Both the position numbers and the translations under genes were made by a program. The notes below the pieces were generated by a model. That model did no database searches. It worked only from the letters and a program-made list of their open reading frames with translations, and had not been told where the DNA came from. A DNA stretch of 64,000 nt. It comes from Candidatus Vogelbacteria bacterium. Lineage in GTDB: Bacteria; Patescibacteriota; Minisyncoccia; Phycocordibacterales; XYD1-FULL-46-19. This document shows positions 1 to 10,296 of this stretch, piece after piece (positions within the stretch are counted from its first letter, which is position 1; each line of letters begins with the position of its first letter). The stretch covers positions 236,597 through 300,596 of the forward strand of contig JAIOOX010000002.1 of assembly GCA_021414225.1 (NCBI GenBank), written 5' to 3'.

Positions 1-1
1 A

Positions 2-1588
2 ATATCTATTTCCTGGGTATATATTTGGTTAATTTTCTGGTTTGTTACCCAACTAAGCATTTATAGTATCGACTCACTCACCAGCCGCAAAAAAAATATC
101 TTAGCCCATAAACTATATGGGGACTATGTCACTCAAGGTTACAATCACTTACTTTTAGTGCCTTTAGAGTTCCACAAGAATAAAAAAATGGGCGCAATTA
201 TGAATGCTATAAACAGGAGTGCTAGTTATCTGCAAGATATTTCATCAAGGGTAGTTGTAGATTTAGCACCTCAATTTATATCTATTATCATCACAGTTAT
301 TTTTACTTTAAGTATCAGTTCTAAGCTGAGTCTAATTATGTTTGTTGGAGTTATTATTTACATCATAGTCCTAACTCAAACAATCGACCAAAGCGCCAAC
401 TTACAACGTAAAATCCAACGAAAATGGAATGTTGCTTGGAGACACGGTTACGATAGTGTTGAAAATATCACCACCGTTAAACAAACAACCTCTGAGGATT
501 ACGCCGAGAAAAAAAATCTCAAAAACTTTTTAATTGGGGCTATTCAGACCAATATAGCCCAAACTCTGCTACTGACTAGAATTTACTGGTATCAAAGAAT
601 GATAATTTTGGGGACACAGTTATCTATTTTTATTATCTCCATCTGGTTGATTAAATCTGGTGGAATGACCCTAGGTCAACTGATTACAATTACCAGCTAC
701 ACTGGGATGATTTTTGCACCCTTTATTGCCCTTGGTGAACAATGGAGAACCATCCAAAACGGCTTTATTTCTCTAGAAGAGTCAGAAAAAACAATGACCT
801 ACCCGGAGGAAAACTACACCCCAGCAGACCATGTGTCATTAGTAAATATTGATGGGAAAATAGAATTTAAAGATGTCAGTTTCGCTTACGAGGCCAACCG
901 GATGGTTCTAAAAAATATAAACTTGCAAATAAACCCCGGTGAAGTAGTGGCTTTAGTGGGTAAGTCCGGTGAAGGGAAAAGCACCCTGATAGATCTCCTG
1001 TCTGGTTACCATTTTGCCAAAAAAGGACAAGTACTAGTTGACGGAATCGATGTTAAAAAACTTGATTTGAAATTTTTACGCTCTCAAATTGGAGTAGTAC
1101 CTCAAGAGGTGGTTCTCTTTAGTGACACTATTGAAACCAATATAAAATACGGTAATTTTAAAGCCACCCAGAAACAAGTAGCTGAAGCCGCTCGAAAAGC
1201 TCACGCTTTAGAATTTATTGAGAAGTTTCCTAAAAAATGGAAACAAGTGGTCGGGGAACGGGGAGTGAAATTGTCCGTGGGCCAAAAGCAACGGGTTGCT
1301 ATCGCTCGGGCCATCCTTAGAAACCCTAGAATCCTAATCTTGGATGAACCTACTTCTGCCCTTGATGCAGAATCAGAAAATTTCATTACCAAATCTTTGG
1401 AGGAACTAATGAGTGGTCGCACCACCTTTATTATTGCTCACCGTCTTAGCACTGTTCGTCGAGCGGATAAAATTTTAGTTTTCAAAGAAGGACAGATAGT
1501 AGAGACTGGTACCCATGACGAATTAGCTGCCAAGGAAAACGGAGTCTATCGCAACCTCTATGAACTTCAAACTGGCCTCCATGCCTAG
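2..1588 (+). CDS. ABC transporter, fused permease/ATP-binding protein (type I exporter, MsbA-like); 5' end lies outside the window
   Basis: The frame is open from base 2 with no start codon in the window. It encodes about 230 aa of hydrophobic TM region followed by an NBD with Walker A GKSGEGKST, ABC signature LSVGQKQRVAIARA, Walker B ILILDEPTSALD and an H-loop (IAHRLS). Confidence 0.85.
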   Translation: MSISWVYIWLIFWFVTQLSIYSIDSLTSRKKNILAHKLYGDYVTQGYNHLLLVPLEFHKNKKMGAIMNAINRSASYLQDISSRVVVDLAPQFISIIITVIFTLSISSKLSLIMFVGVIIYIIVLTQTIDQSANLQRKIQRKWNVAWRHGYDSVENITTVKQTTSEDYAEKKNLKNFLIGAIQTNIAQTLLLTRIYWYQRMIILGTQLSIFIISIWLIKSGGMTLGQLITITSYTGMIFAPFIALGEQWRTIQNGFISLEESEKTMTYPEENYTPADHVSLVNIDGKIEFKDVSFAYEANRMVLKNINLQINPGEVVALVGKSGEGKSTLIDLLSGYHFAKKGQVLVDGIDVKKLDLKFLRSQIGVVPQEVVLFSDTIETNIKYGNFKATQKQVAEAARKAHALEFIEKFPKKWKQVVGERGVKLSVGQKQRVAIARAILRNPRILILDEPTSALDAESENFITKSLEELMSGRTTFIIAHRLSTVRRADKILVFKEGQIVETGTHDELAAKENGVYRNLYELQTGLHA

Positions 1589-1594
1589 CTATTG

Positions 1595-1800
1595 CTTTTC
1601 TGGCTCAACTATTTATACTTTAGTTACACCAGCGATCCGGCTGACACCGGTGAGGTGAAGAAAGAAAACCTGTTAGGTTAGTAGACTCTTCCGGTCCTGC
1701 TCCGACAAGCAGTTCAAAAGTAACAAATCAGGGTGGCACCGCGACGAAGTCGCCCCTGCGAATTTATTAGATTGTTAATAAATTTGGAGGGGCATTTTTG
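1595..1800 (+). promoter_or_regulatory. T-box riboswitch leader upstream of aspS (candidate Asp specifier GAC at ~1643-1645)
   Basis: The conserved T-box 14-mer AGGGUGGCACCGCG (AATCAGGGTGGCACCGCG at ~1726-1743) is followed by a long terminator hairpin (GCCCCT..AATTTATTA/TAATAAATT..AGGGGC) and ATTTTT at ~1752-1799. It lies in the 237-nt gap between the ABC gene stop and the aspS ATG. GAC followed by A in a small loop (ccggCTGACAccgg) fits an Asp specifier. Confidence 0.5.
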
Positions 1801-1825
1801 TTTCTCCAAAAACAAAATATTTATT

Positions 1826-3157
1826 ATGGAAAGAACTTACATAAAAAACTTACAAGGCAAAATTGGCCAGGAGGTTAGTATTTCTGGTTGGGTAGATGTT
1901 CGCCGAGACCAAGGCAAAATGATTTTTATTGACCTCCGCGACGTGACCGGCAAAGTCCAAATGGTCGCTCTCCCAAATCACGAAGAAGCTCTTGCTGTAG
2001 CCAACCAAGTTCGCCCAGAATGGGTGATCCAAGTCACTGGTAAAGTTAACGAACGTCCACCTAAAAATATTAAAGAAGGGGCTCAAAACGGCAATCTAGA
2101 AATTGAAATATTAAACATTGAAATCTTGGGTAAGGCTAAAGAATTACCGTTTGATAAAGATACCGAACTGAATCTAGATACTTACCTAGACAACCTACCC
2201 TTAACTCTACGCACCGACCGATCACGAGCTATTTTTAAAGTTCAATCAGAAATCATCAAAGCCTACAGAGCTTTTCTAAATCAGGAAGGATTTACTGAAT
2301 TTCAAGCTCCAAAACTAATCGGCGATGACGCTGAAGGAAGTGGGGAGGTTTTTGAAGTTAAATATCTCTACGATAAAACAGCTCATCTAGCCACCAGTCC
2401 TCAGTTGTACAAACAGATTATGGTGGGTATTTTCGAGCGAGTTTTCACAACTGGCAACGTCTTTAGAGCAGAAAAACACAGCACCTCTCGCCACTTAAAT
2501 GAGTACACTTCTATCGATATCGAGATGGGCTTTATTAAAGACCACACCGACATCATGTCCATGGAAAACAAATTAATGAAGCATATAACCAACCACCTTC
2601 AAACAACTTGTCAGGCTGAATTTACACTACTAGGAGCAGAGATACCAAACGTGCCTGATAAAATCCCTAGTCTAAAACTACGAGAAGCCCAGGCTTTAAT
2701 TTTAAAAGAAACTGGCAAAGACAAGACTAACGAACCAGACCTTGAACCAGAAGATGAGCGCTGGTTATGTGAGTGGTCTAAAAAAGAACATGACTCTGAC
2801 TTCTGTTTTGTTACTCACTACCCAGTTAGTAAAAGACCTTTTTACACCTTTGAAGATGATCAAGATATCGGCTTCACTAAAAGTTTCGACTTACTGTTCC
2901 GAGGAGTAGAGATAACAACTGGAGGGCAAAGACGCCACGATTACGACAACTTGATCGAGGGGGCCAAAATGAAAGGGCTGAACCCAGACAACTTTTCTTT
3001 TTATTTACAAGCCTTCAAATACGGAATTCCACCGCACGGCGGTTGGGGAATGGGCTTAGAACGTCTAACTGCCAAATTCTTAAACATAGCCAACGTTAAA
3101 GAAGCCACCCTTTTCCCTCGTGATATAAATCGAATCGACACTCTCTTGTCAAAATAA
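1826..3157 (+). CDS. aspS: aspartyl-tRNA synthetase, archaeal/eukaryal-type (class IIb, ~440 aa)
   Basis: An N-terminal OB anticodon-binding fold is followed by class II motif 2 (FRAEKHSTSRHLNEYTSIDIEM) and motif 3 (GGWGMGLERL). The length matches AspRS2/AsnRS-like rather than the ~590-aa bacterial type. The start was chosen at the ATG at 1826 (MERTYIKNLQGK) rather than the ORF-track start at 1733, which would run through the leader. Confidence 0.85.
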   Translation: MERTYIKNLQGKIGQEVSISGWVDVRRDQGKMIFIDLRDVTGKVQMVALPNHEEALAVANQVRPEWVIQVTGKVNERPPKNIKEGAQNGNLEIEILNIEILGKAKELPFDKDTELNLDTYLDNLPLTLRTDRSRAIFKVQSEIIKAYRAFLNQEGFTEFQAPKLIGDDAEGSGEVFEVKYLYDKTAHLATSPQLYKQIMVGIFERVFTTGNVFRAEKHSTSRHLNEYTSIDIEMGFIKDHTDIMSMENKLMKHITNHLQTTCQAEFTLLGAEIPNVPDKIPSLKLREAQALILKETGKDKTNEPDLEPEDERWLCEWSKKEHDSDFCFVTHYPVSKRPFYTFEDDQDIGFTKSFDLLFRGVEITTGGQRRHDYDNLIEGAKMKGLNPDNFSFYLQAFKYGIPPHGGWGMGLERLTAKFLNIANVKEATLFPRDINRIDTLLSK

Positions 3158-3420
3158 ATAAAGGGCGTATTATCAAATAAGTTGAGTTCTTATCGGGTGC
3201 GTGTTCAAAACCAAGCTGGTTTGCGAATTCTGCGTTTGCAAATGAATACGCGCCCGAGATTTACCATCTTCCCCGGTTTACTGCCTCTCTGGGTTGAACT
3301 ACTCAAATTAGCCATTCGGAGCTATGTTGAGCAGACTTCTTGTCTCCTTCCAAACAAGAAACCCTTGAGTGCGGTTTTCCGGGTTTTTCTTTTAACTAAT
3401 AAAAAGTTATTATTACTTCA

Positions 3421-4158
3421 ATGGAACCAGAACCACAATTCACAACTAAAGCTGGCGAATTTGAGGGGCCTTTAGATCTTCTTCTTCAGCTCATCGAAAA
3501 ACGAAAACTGCACATCAGTGAAGTCAGCCTGGCTCAAGTAGCTGATGACTATATTGCCCACCTGAAACAATTTGAACACTTACCTAAACACGAGGTGGCC
3601 AACTTTTTAGTGATCGCTTCTACTTTGATTTTAATTAAATCGATTGCTTTACTGCCTACTCTTGAAACCACCCCGGAAGAAACTCAGGATATTAATGATT
3701 TACAAATTCGCCTAGCCCTTTACGAGAAATTTAAATCGGCTAGCGAACTAATCAAAAACTTGTTTGGTAAAAACAACATCTTTTGGCGGGAAGAAACTAA
3801 ACATACTATTTCTGTTTTTGCACCGTCGACTGATACCAGTTTAGATTCTTTGAGTTTAGCAATGAGAAATGTGCTAGCCAATCTACCAAAACCAGAGAAA
3901 ATTCCCGAAGTGATTGTCAAAAAAGTGATCAGCCTCGAGGAAGTGATCGGTAACCTCACCAAACGTATCCAATCAGCCTTATCAATGAAATTTTCTGACT
4001 TCGCCAAAACGACAGGCGGTGATCGAGTGGGAATTATTGTTAGTTTCTTGGGTATGTTAGAACTCGTCAAACAGGGGATTATTGACGTTAAACAGGATGA
4101 ACTCTACCAGGATATTAATATAGAGAGTTCGAGTACTGGAGTACCTAGATACCAGTAA
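3421..4158 (+). CDS. scpA: segregation and condensation protein A (kleisin)
   Basis: The N-terminus EFEGPLDLLLQLIEKRKLHISEVSLAQVADDYIAHL is a typical ScpA signature. It is immediately followed by scpB. Confidence 0.85.
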   Translation: MEPEPQFTTKAGEFEGPLDLLLQLIEKRKLHISEVSLAQVADDYIAHLKQFEHLPKHEVANFLVIASTLILIKSIALLPTLETTPEETQDINDLQIRLALYEKFKSASELIKNLFGKNNIFWREETKHTISVFAPSTDTSLDSLSLAMRNVLANLPKPEKIPEVIVKKVISLEEVIGNLTKRIQSALSMKFSDFAKTTGGDRVGIIVSFLGMLELVKQGIIDVKQDELYQDINIESSSTGVPRYQ

Positions 4159-4196
4159 TTTGGTGTTAATTTTACAAATTAGCTATACTAAGCAAC

Positions 4197-4745
4197 ATGA
4201 ATTTATCAGCCACCATTGAAGCTATTCTATTTTTTAAAGCTGAGCCGTTGACCATTAAAAAGTTAGCGGAATTAACCAATCAACCAGAAGAAACGATTCA
4301 GCAAGCCCTTGGCGAACTAAAACAAACTCTCCAGGGTAGGGGAATCGCTTTGTTGGAAAAAGATAATACTGTTATTTTAGGGACTGCCCCCGAAGTTAGC
4401 GGGCTAATTGAGTCCATTATCAAAGAAGAATTAAATAAAGATCTTGGTAAAGCTGGGTTGGAAACTCTGGCCATTGTTTTATATAAAGGACCAGTTTCTA
4501 GAGCAGAAATAGACTACATCCGCGGAGTTAATTCTAGTTTTATCCTAAGAAATTTAACTGTCCGAGGCTTAGTAGAAAAAATAAATAAGGAAGGAGATAA
4601 TCGAACCTTCCTATATCGACCCACTTTTGAATTACTAGCTCACCTCGGTTTAACCAGCGTTACTGGCTTGCCAAACTATGATACTTTTCTGGCTGAGTTA
4701 GTTAAAGTCACTAAACCAAGCCAGGATGAAACACCAACCAACTAA
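4197..4745 (+). CDS. scpB: segregation and condensation protein B
   Basis: IEAILFFKAEPLTIKKLAELT is a winged-helix ScpB N-terminus. Size (182 aa) and the operon position after scpA fit. Confidence 0.8.
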   Translation: MNLSATIEAILFFKAEPLTIKKLAELTNQPEETIQQALGELKQTLQGRGIALLEKDNTVILGTAPEVSGLIESIIKEELNKDLGKAGLETLAIVLYKGPVSRAEIDYIRGVNSSFILRNLTVRGLVEKINKEGDNRTFLYRPTFELLAHLGLTSVTGLPNYDTFLAELVKVTKPSQDETPTN

Positions 4746-4751
4746 TCTAGC

Positions 4752-5663
4752 GTGACAATCTCTCCTTTCCAACTTAGACTCGTAGTTTTATTTATTGTTA
4801 TTACAACCCTGTTTGTTGTTTTTGAATATTTACCTTGGGCCAATTTAAAATCATCTATTGATATTATCAATCAGCAACAGCCCGCTTCGACTACTCCACC
4901 AGTTTTTCAAACCCCCAAACTAGAAGCCAAGGGGGTCGTCGTCTATGATTCAAAACAAGACAAAGTTTTATATGGTCAAAATGAAGACAAAGCCCTCCCT
5001 TTAGCTTCGATCACTAAGATAATGACCGCGTTGTTGGGTTATGAATACTTAGACCCTGAACAGAAGATCACTATCACCAATCAAGACCTCATTATGGGTA
5101 GTAATGCGGGACTAGAAGCCAACAAGACTTGGCTCTACCACGATTTGGCCGACTTTATGCTTACCACTTCTTCTAATGGAGCGGCGGTAGCTATAGCCAC
5201 AGCTTTGACATCTAAAACCGGAACATCCTTTGAAACTCTAGCTAACAACAAAGCACGCGAACTTAATCTCAACAGCTTGTCTTATCGCAACCCGACCGGT
5301 TTAGACCAAAACGGTGGACCAGGAGCGATTGGTTCACCCACCGATGTGGCCAAGTTGATGTCTTATGTAGCCACCTACAAAGTAGATTTATTATCGAGCA
5401 CTAAATGGTCTAGCCTCAAAAAAACAACCACCGATGGTTCCACTATTTACGGCACAAACACCAATCTGATAGTAAAAACCATTCCCGGCTTTATTGGTTC
5501 GAAAACCGGTTTTACTGATTTGGCGGGTGGAAATTTAACCACCATCTTTGACGTTAGTATTAATAGACCAGTAGTGGTTGTCGTCTTAGGTTCATCACCA
5601 AACGGGCGATTTACTGACATGCAAAAATTAATTACTGAAACCCTAAATATCTTGGCCAAATAA
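4752..5663 (+). CDS. D-alanyl-D-alanine carboxypeptidase (serine peptidase S11, PBP5/6-like)
   Basis: There is an N-terminal TM/signal segment, an SxxK motif (LASITKIMT), an SxN motif (SSNGAAV) and KTG-like (SKTGFTD). The start codon is GTG directly after the scpB stop. Confidence 0.7.
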   Translation: MTISPFQLRLVVLFIVITTLFVVFEYLPWANLKSSIDIINQQQPASTTPPVFQTPKLEAKGVVVYDSKQDKVLYGQNEDKALPLASITKIMTALLGYEYLDPEQKITITNQDLIMGSNAGLEANKTWLYHDLADFMLTTSSNGAAVAIATALTSKTGTSFETLANNKARELNLNSLSYRNPTGLDQNGGPGAIGSPTDVAKLMSYVATYKVDLLSSTKWSSLKKTTTDGSTIYGTNTNLIVKTIPGFIGSKTGFTDLAGGNLTTIFDVSINRPVVVVVLGSSPNGRFTDMQKLITETLNILAK

Positions 5664-5689
5664 GAGGAATATCGTATACTACAAGTCAT

Positions 5690-6745
5690 ATGTTACTGTC
5701 TGTAATCAAAGTTTTTGCTCCAACAGCCATCGCCTTTTTCGTTGGTATCGCCATGACTCCAGCTTTGACTCATTTTTTATACAAACACAAAATGTGGAAA
5801 AAAAAGGCTGGAAAAATATCACCTGACGGCAAAGAAACACCCATATTTAATCAACTACACAAAGACAAAGAAGTAGGCACTCCTCGCATGGGCGGTATTA
5901 TTATTTGGACTAGTGCTCTATTATCCATTTTAATTATCTCTTTAACGGCCTGGTTATTTCCAACCGATTTAACCACCAAACTAACTTTTGTTAGTCGTAA
6001 TCAAACCTGGCTACCAATTTTTACTCTAATTGTTGCCTCACTGTTAGGCTTACTTGATGATTGGTTACAAATTAGTACCAGTGGCACCCCTCAAGCTGGA
6101 GGCTTATCTTTCTCTAAGAGGTTGGGAGTAGTCTTATTCTTAGGTTTAGCCGGGGGGTGGTGGTTTTATTTTAAACTAGGAGTTGATGCTATTCATATTC
6201 CGTTTTGGGGTGATTTCTTTGTTGGTCTCCTAATCATTCCTATTTTTATGACCGTAATGTTAGCCTTATTCTCCAGTTCCGGTATTGATGGGATAGACGG
6301 TTTATCCGGGGGGATTATGGCTATTATCTTTTCAACTTATGCCGGCATTGCTTTTGTTCAAAATCAAATAGATCTAGCCGCCTTTTGTGCTGTGATTGCT
6401 GGTGGAATTCTCGCTTTTCTATGGTTTAACATTCCGCCAGCCAGATTTTATATGTCTGAGACTGGAATATTAGGTCTAACAACCACCTTGACCGTGGTAG
6501 CCTTCCTAACTGACTCAGTTTTAACGTTACCAATCATCGCTCTGCCTTTAGTTGCTACTTCGGCTTCGGTCGTTATCCAGTTAACTTCTAAAAAAATAAG
6601 GGGTAAAAAAGTGTTCCTTGTCGCCCCACTCCACCACCACTTTGAAGCCCTGGGTTGGCCTCCTTATAAAGTAGTCATGCGTTATTGGGTTATAGGTATT
6701 ATTGTGGCTATTGTAGGTATGATTATAACTATAATCGGAAAATAA
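5690..6745 (+). CDS. mraY: phospho-N-acetylmuramoyl-pentapeptide transferase
   Basis: A polytopic membrane protein with MraY hallmarks (DDxxD-like LLDDWLQ, PLHHHFE). It is followed by ftsW and murG. Confidence 0.9.
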   Translation: MLLSVIKVFAPTAIAFFVGIAMTPALTHFLYKHKMWKKKAGKISPDGKETPIFNQLHKDKEVGTPRMGGIIIWTSALLSILIISLTAWLFPTDLTTKLTFVSRNQTWLPIFTLIVASLLGLLDDWLQISTSGTPQAGGLSFSKRLGVVLFLGLAGGWWFYFKLGVDAIHIPFWGDFFVGLLIIPIFMTVMLALFSSSGIDGIDGLSGGIMAIIFSTYAGIAFVQNQIDLAAFCAVIAGGILAFLWFNIPPARFYMSETGILGLTTTLTVVAFLTDSVLTLPIIALPLVATSASVVIQLTSKKIRGKKVFLVAPLHHHFEALGWPPYKVVMRYWVIGIIVAIVGMIITIIGK

Positions 6746-6747
6746 TT

Positions 6748-7848
6748 ATGTCTGCCCAACATCACCAAAAGCAGGTGAGTCGAGTTTTTTTCTTGATTGT
6801 TCTGTCTTTATTGGTATCTGGTTTTTTTATTTTTAGCTCAGCTTCTTTAGGTAAATTAAATCAAGATGTTAGTATTTTTGCCAAACTGGCTTCAAAACAA
6901 TTAGCTGTCTTACTAACTGGTTTTGTAATCATGTTGGTTGTGAGTAAGATAAATTATAAAAATTGGCGCAAATACGCTTTGCCAATATTAATTACAACAG
7001 TCCTCGTCACTTTGTTGGTTTTTATTCCTGGTATCGGTATTCAATCGGGTGGAGCTAAGCGCTGGATTGATCTATATCTATTTTCACTTCAACCCTCAGA
7101 ATTTTTTAAATTAGGTTTGGTGATTTATTTTGCTGCTTGGATTGCCTCAGTCAAAGATAAAGTGACTACGACCAAATGGGGATTAGTCCCACTTCTAGTT
7201 TTATTAGGTCTATCAGCTGGCGTTTTAATTACTCAACCAGACATTGGAACTTTTCTTGTGGTCGCTATCGCTTTGGTAAGTATGTACTTCGTTAGTGGAG
7301 CTAGTTATCGAGATTTAGCTATTTTAGCCTTAATTGGAGCTATTGGAGCCGGTGGGTTGGCTATTTACAAGCCATACATTAGGGAGCGTATCATAACTTA
7401 TATCCATCCAACCGCCGACACTCTGGCCTCATCCTACCAATTAAACCAATCTCTAATTGCCATCGGTTCAGGCGGTCTATTTGGTCGTGGTTTTGGCCAA
7501 AGTATTCAAAAATTTAGCTTTTTACCAGAACCAATAGGGGATTCAATCTTTGCTGTAGCCTCAGAAGAATTCGGTTTTATTGGTGCTAGTTTACTGATCA
7601 GTCTGTTTTTATTATTTGCTTTGTGGGGTTTCAAAATCGCCGCCAACGCTCCAGACACCTTTGGTAGACTTCTGTCGATGAGTATTGTTATAATGATTTT
7701 AACCCAGTCTTTCATGAATATTTCAGCCATGCTGGGTCTTATACCCCTCACCGGAGATCCTTTGATTTTCGTCAGCCAGGGTGGTAGTTCTTTACTCTTT
7801 GCTCTAACCGGTTCAGGTATTATTCTCAATATTTCAAGATACGCTTAA
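6748..7848 (+). CDS. ftsW: SEDS-family peptidoglycan polymerase (FtsW/RodA)
   Basis: About 10 TM helices with SEDS conserved blocks (PSEFFKLGLVIYFA, DFIFAV-like DSIFAV). The start was moved to the ATG at 6748 (MSAQHHQ), 2 nt after the mraY stop. The ORF-track start at 6685 overlaps mraY. Confidence 0.8.
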   Translation: MSAQHHQKQVSRVFFLIVLSLLVSGFFIFSSASLGKLNQDVSIFAKLASKQLAVLLTGFVIMLVVSKINYKNWRKYALPILITTVLVTLLVFIPGIGIQSGGAKRWIDLYLFSLQPSEFFKLGLVIYFAAWIASVKDKVTTTKWGLVPLLVLLGLSAGVLITQPDIGTFLVVAIALVSMYFVSGASYRDLAILALIGAIGAGGLAIYKPYIRERIITYIHPTADTLASSYQLNQSLIAIGSGGLFGRGFGQSIQKFSFLPEPIGDSIFAVASEEFGFIGASLLISLFLLFALWGFKIAANAPDTFGRLLSMSIVIMILTQSFMNISAMLGLIPLTGDPLIFVSQGGSSLLFALTGSGIILNISRYA

Positions 7849-7853
7849 TTTTT

Positions 7854-8978
7854 ATGAAAATCCTATTTACAGGCGGAGGCACAGGTGGACACTTTTATCC
7901 TATTATTGCTGTTGCTCAAGAAGTAAGAGAGATAGTTTACGAGAAAAAACTCTTAGAACCGGAGTTTTATTTCATGTCAGCTGACATTTATAATGAACGA
8001 GCTTTACTAGAAAATAAAATTACTTTCATTCCAGTTAACGCTGGGAAGATTCGTCGCTACTTTTCAATTGCTAATATCTTTGATGTTGCTAAAACCATCA
8101 TTGGTATTTTCCAAGCGATTATTAAAATCTACAGAATCTATCCTGATGTCATTTTTGCTAAAGGTGGGTACTCGAGTGTACCAGCTTTGTGGGCGGCAAA
8201 AATTCTTAACATTCCAGTTGTTATTCACGAGTCAGACTCCCATCCAGGTCGAGCCAATCTGTGGGCAGCTAAGTTTGCCAAACGGATTGCCGTATCATAT
8301 CCGGAAGCCGTTCAATATTTTCCTAAAGATAAAACCGCTGTCACCGGCAACCCAATTCGTAAAGAAATACTATACCCAATAGCCGAAGGTGCTAAAGAGT
8401 ATTTAAAACTAACCGAGGAATTACCAATCATTTTGGTTTTAGGTGGTTCTCAAGGGGCCGTTCGTATTAATGATCTGGTTTTAGATCTACTCCCAGAATT
8501 AACAAAGCGTTACCAAATAATTCACCAAACAGGTAAAAATAATTTCACTAATGCCGAGATTCGGTCAAAAATTTTACTAGAAGGAACTGGCCGAGAAAAT
8601 CGTTACAAACCCTTTGCATATTTAAACGACCTAGCTTCTCGTATGGCGGCGGGAGCCACCAATCTAGTTGTTTCTAGGGCTGGATCAGCTATTTTTGAAA
8701 TCGCCCAATGGGGAGTACCGTCGATCATTATTCCAATCCCTGAAGCAATCAGTCACGACCAAAGAACCAATGCTTTCACTTACGCCAGATCTGGGGCTTG
8801 TGTAGTTATTGAAGAAAATAACTTATCAGCTTCTGTTTTATTGTCAGAAATCGATCGATTATTTCAAAATCCTAAGTTATTGGAAGATATGAAAAATAAC
8901 GCCAAATCTTTCTCTAGTCCCAACGCCGCCAGAACTATTGCTGATGAGTTAGTTAAAATATCTTTAAGTCATGCCTAA
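7854..8978 (+). CDS. murG: UDP-GlcNAc:undecaprenyl-PP-MurNAc-pentapeptide GlcNAc transferase
   Basis: It carries the N-terminal GGGTGGHFYP motif and GT28 architecture, in dcw context after ftsW. Confidence 0.9.
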   Translation: MKILFTGGGTGGHFYPIIAVAQEVREIVYEKKLLEPEFYFMSADIYNERALLENKITFIPVNAGKIRRYFSIANIFDVAKTIIGIFQAIIKIYRIYPDVIFAKGGYSSVPALWAAKILNIPVVIHESDSHPGRANLWAAKFAKRIAVSYPEAVQYFPKDKTAVTGNPIRKEILYPIAEGAKEYLKLTEELPIILVLGGSQGAVRINDLVLDLLPELTKRYQIIHQTGKNNFTNAEIRSKILLEGTGRENRYKPFAYLNDLASRMAAGATNLVVSRAGSAIFEIAQWGVPSIIIPIPEAISHDQRTNAFTYARSGACVVIEENNLSASVLLSEIDRLFQNPKLLEDMKNNAKSFSSPNAARTIADELVKISLSHA

Positions 8979-10296
8979 TTCTCAACCAGTTATAACTCGC
9001 ATCGCCCCTAGTCCAACCGGCTTCCTACATATTGGTACCGCTAGAGCAGCTTTATTTAATTATCTATTCGCCAAAAAGCATGGCGGGCAATTTATTCTGC
9101 GTATTGATGACACCGATAAAGAACGGTCAACCCAAGAATTTTCTGACAATATTGTCGCCAGTTTAGATTGGTTAAATCTAACTTACGACAATATATATCG
9201 ACAAAGCGAACGGTCAATATTATACCGAGAGAAGCTTGAAGAATTGATCTCCCAAGATAAAGCTTATATTTCCAAAGAAGCCGTACTTAAAGAAGGAGAT
9301 AGGGATGAAGTGATCCGTTTTAGAAATCCAGGCACAATAGTAACTTTTGAAGATTTAGTTCACGGTCCAATCACTTTCGATACTACTGAACTTGGAGACT
9401 TTGTCATTGCAAAAGATCTGGATAATCCGCTCTACCATTTTGCTTCTGTGGTAGATGATATTGATTTAAATATTTCTCACGTAATTCGTGGTGAAGATCA
9501 TATCTCTAATACACCTCGACAGATTTTGATGCTTGAAGCCTTAGGTGGAACACGTCCAACTTATGCCCACATACCGCTCATTTTGGCTCCAGATCGATCC
9601 AAGTTGTCAAAAAGACATGGCGCCGTAGCTGTGACCTCCTATCGCACAGAAGGCTACTTACCAGAAGCCTTTATCAACTTTATGGCCCTACTTGGCTGGT
9701 CACCTCAGGCTAGTACTAGCACCACCGAAGGTACTAATGAAGAAATTTTTAAATTAGATGAACTAGTAAAACGATTTGATATAGCCGCTATTCAAAAAAG
9801 TGGTGCTGTTTTTAATATTGAAAAATTACAATGGCTAAATAGGGAGTATTTAAAACTAAAACCGGCCGCTGAAATGCAAACAGCTATCAAACAATATCTA
9901 CCAATCGGTCGACTGACTGAAGCCCAAATAGGCATCATTAGTAAGATACTACTAGATCGGATCTCAACTATTCACGAAGTAGAACATATTTGGTCTAGTG
10001 GTGAATTTGATTTTCTCTTAACAACACCCCAACCAAGCAAAGAACTTCTAAAGACCACGGAACACCTAACTGGACTGATAGAACTTTTGCAGACTACCGT
10101 AGAAAATAATTTCACTGCCGAAAATATTAAAACAATCGTTTGGGATTTTGCCACCGAGAAGGGGAGGGGTAATGTTTTATGGCCAATGCGAGTCGCCTTA
10201 ACGGGTCAAGAAAAGTCACCAGACCCTTTTACTGTTGCTGAACTGTTAGGTAAAGATGAAACAATCAGCCGTCTAACTTATGCCAACCAACAATAA
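8971..10296 (+). CDS. gltX: glutamyl-tRNA synthetase
   Basis: Class I HIGH motif (PSPTGFLHIGTARAALFNY) and KMSKS (KLSKRHG). It overlaps the murG end by 8 nt. Confidence 0.9.
   Translation: MPNSQPVITRIAPSPTGFLHIGTARAALFNYLFAKKHGGQFILRIDDTDKERSTQEFSDNIVASLDWLNLTYDNIYRQSERSILYREKLEELISQDKAYISKEAVLKEGDRDEVIRFRNPGTIVTFEDLVHGPITFDTTELGDFVIAKDLDNPLYHFASVVDDIDLNISHVIRGEDHISNTPRQILMLEALGGTRPTYAHIPLILAPDRSKLSKRHGAVAVTSYRTEGYLPEAFINFMALLGWSPQASTSTTEGTNEEIFKLDELVKRFDIAAIQKSGAVFNIEKLQWLNREYLKLKPAAEMQTAIKQYLPIGRLTEAQIGIISKILLDRISTIHEVEHIWSSGEFDFLLTTPQPSKELLKTTEHLTGLIELLQTTVENNFTAENIKTIVWDFATEKGRGNVLWPMRVALTGQEKSPDPFTVAELLGKDETISRLTYANQQ

Noticed and set aside
1201-1425. Antisense 74-aa ORF inside the ABC transporter gene
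   Set aside because: It is embedded in a well-supported NBD coding region.
3182-3475. 97-aa ORF in the aspS-scpA intergenic region
   Set aside because: It has a low-complexity, non-protein-like composition and overlaps the scpA start. The region is more likely a UTR or terminator (hairpin TTCTTGT...ACAAGAA).
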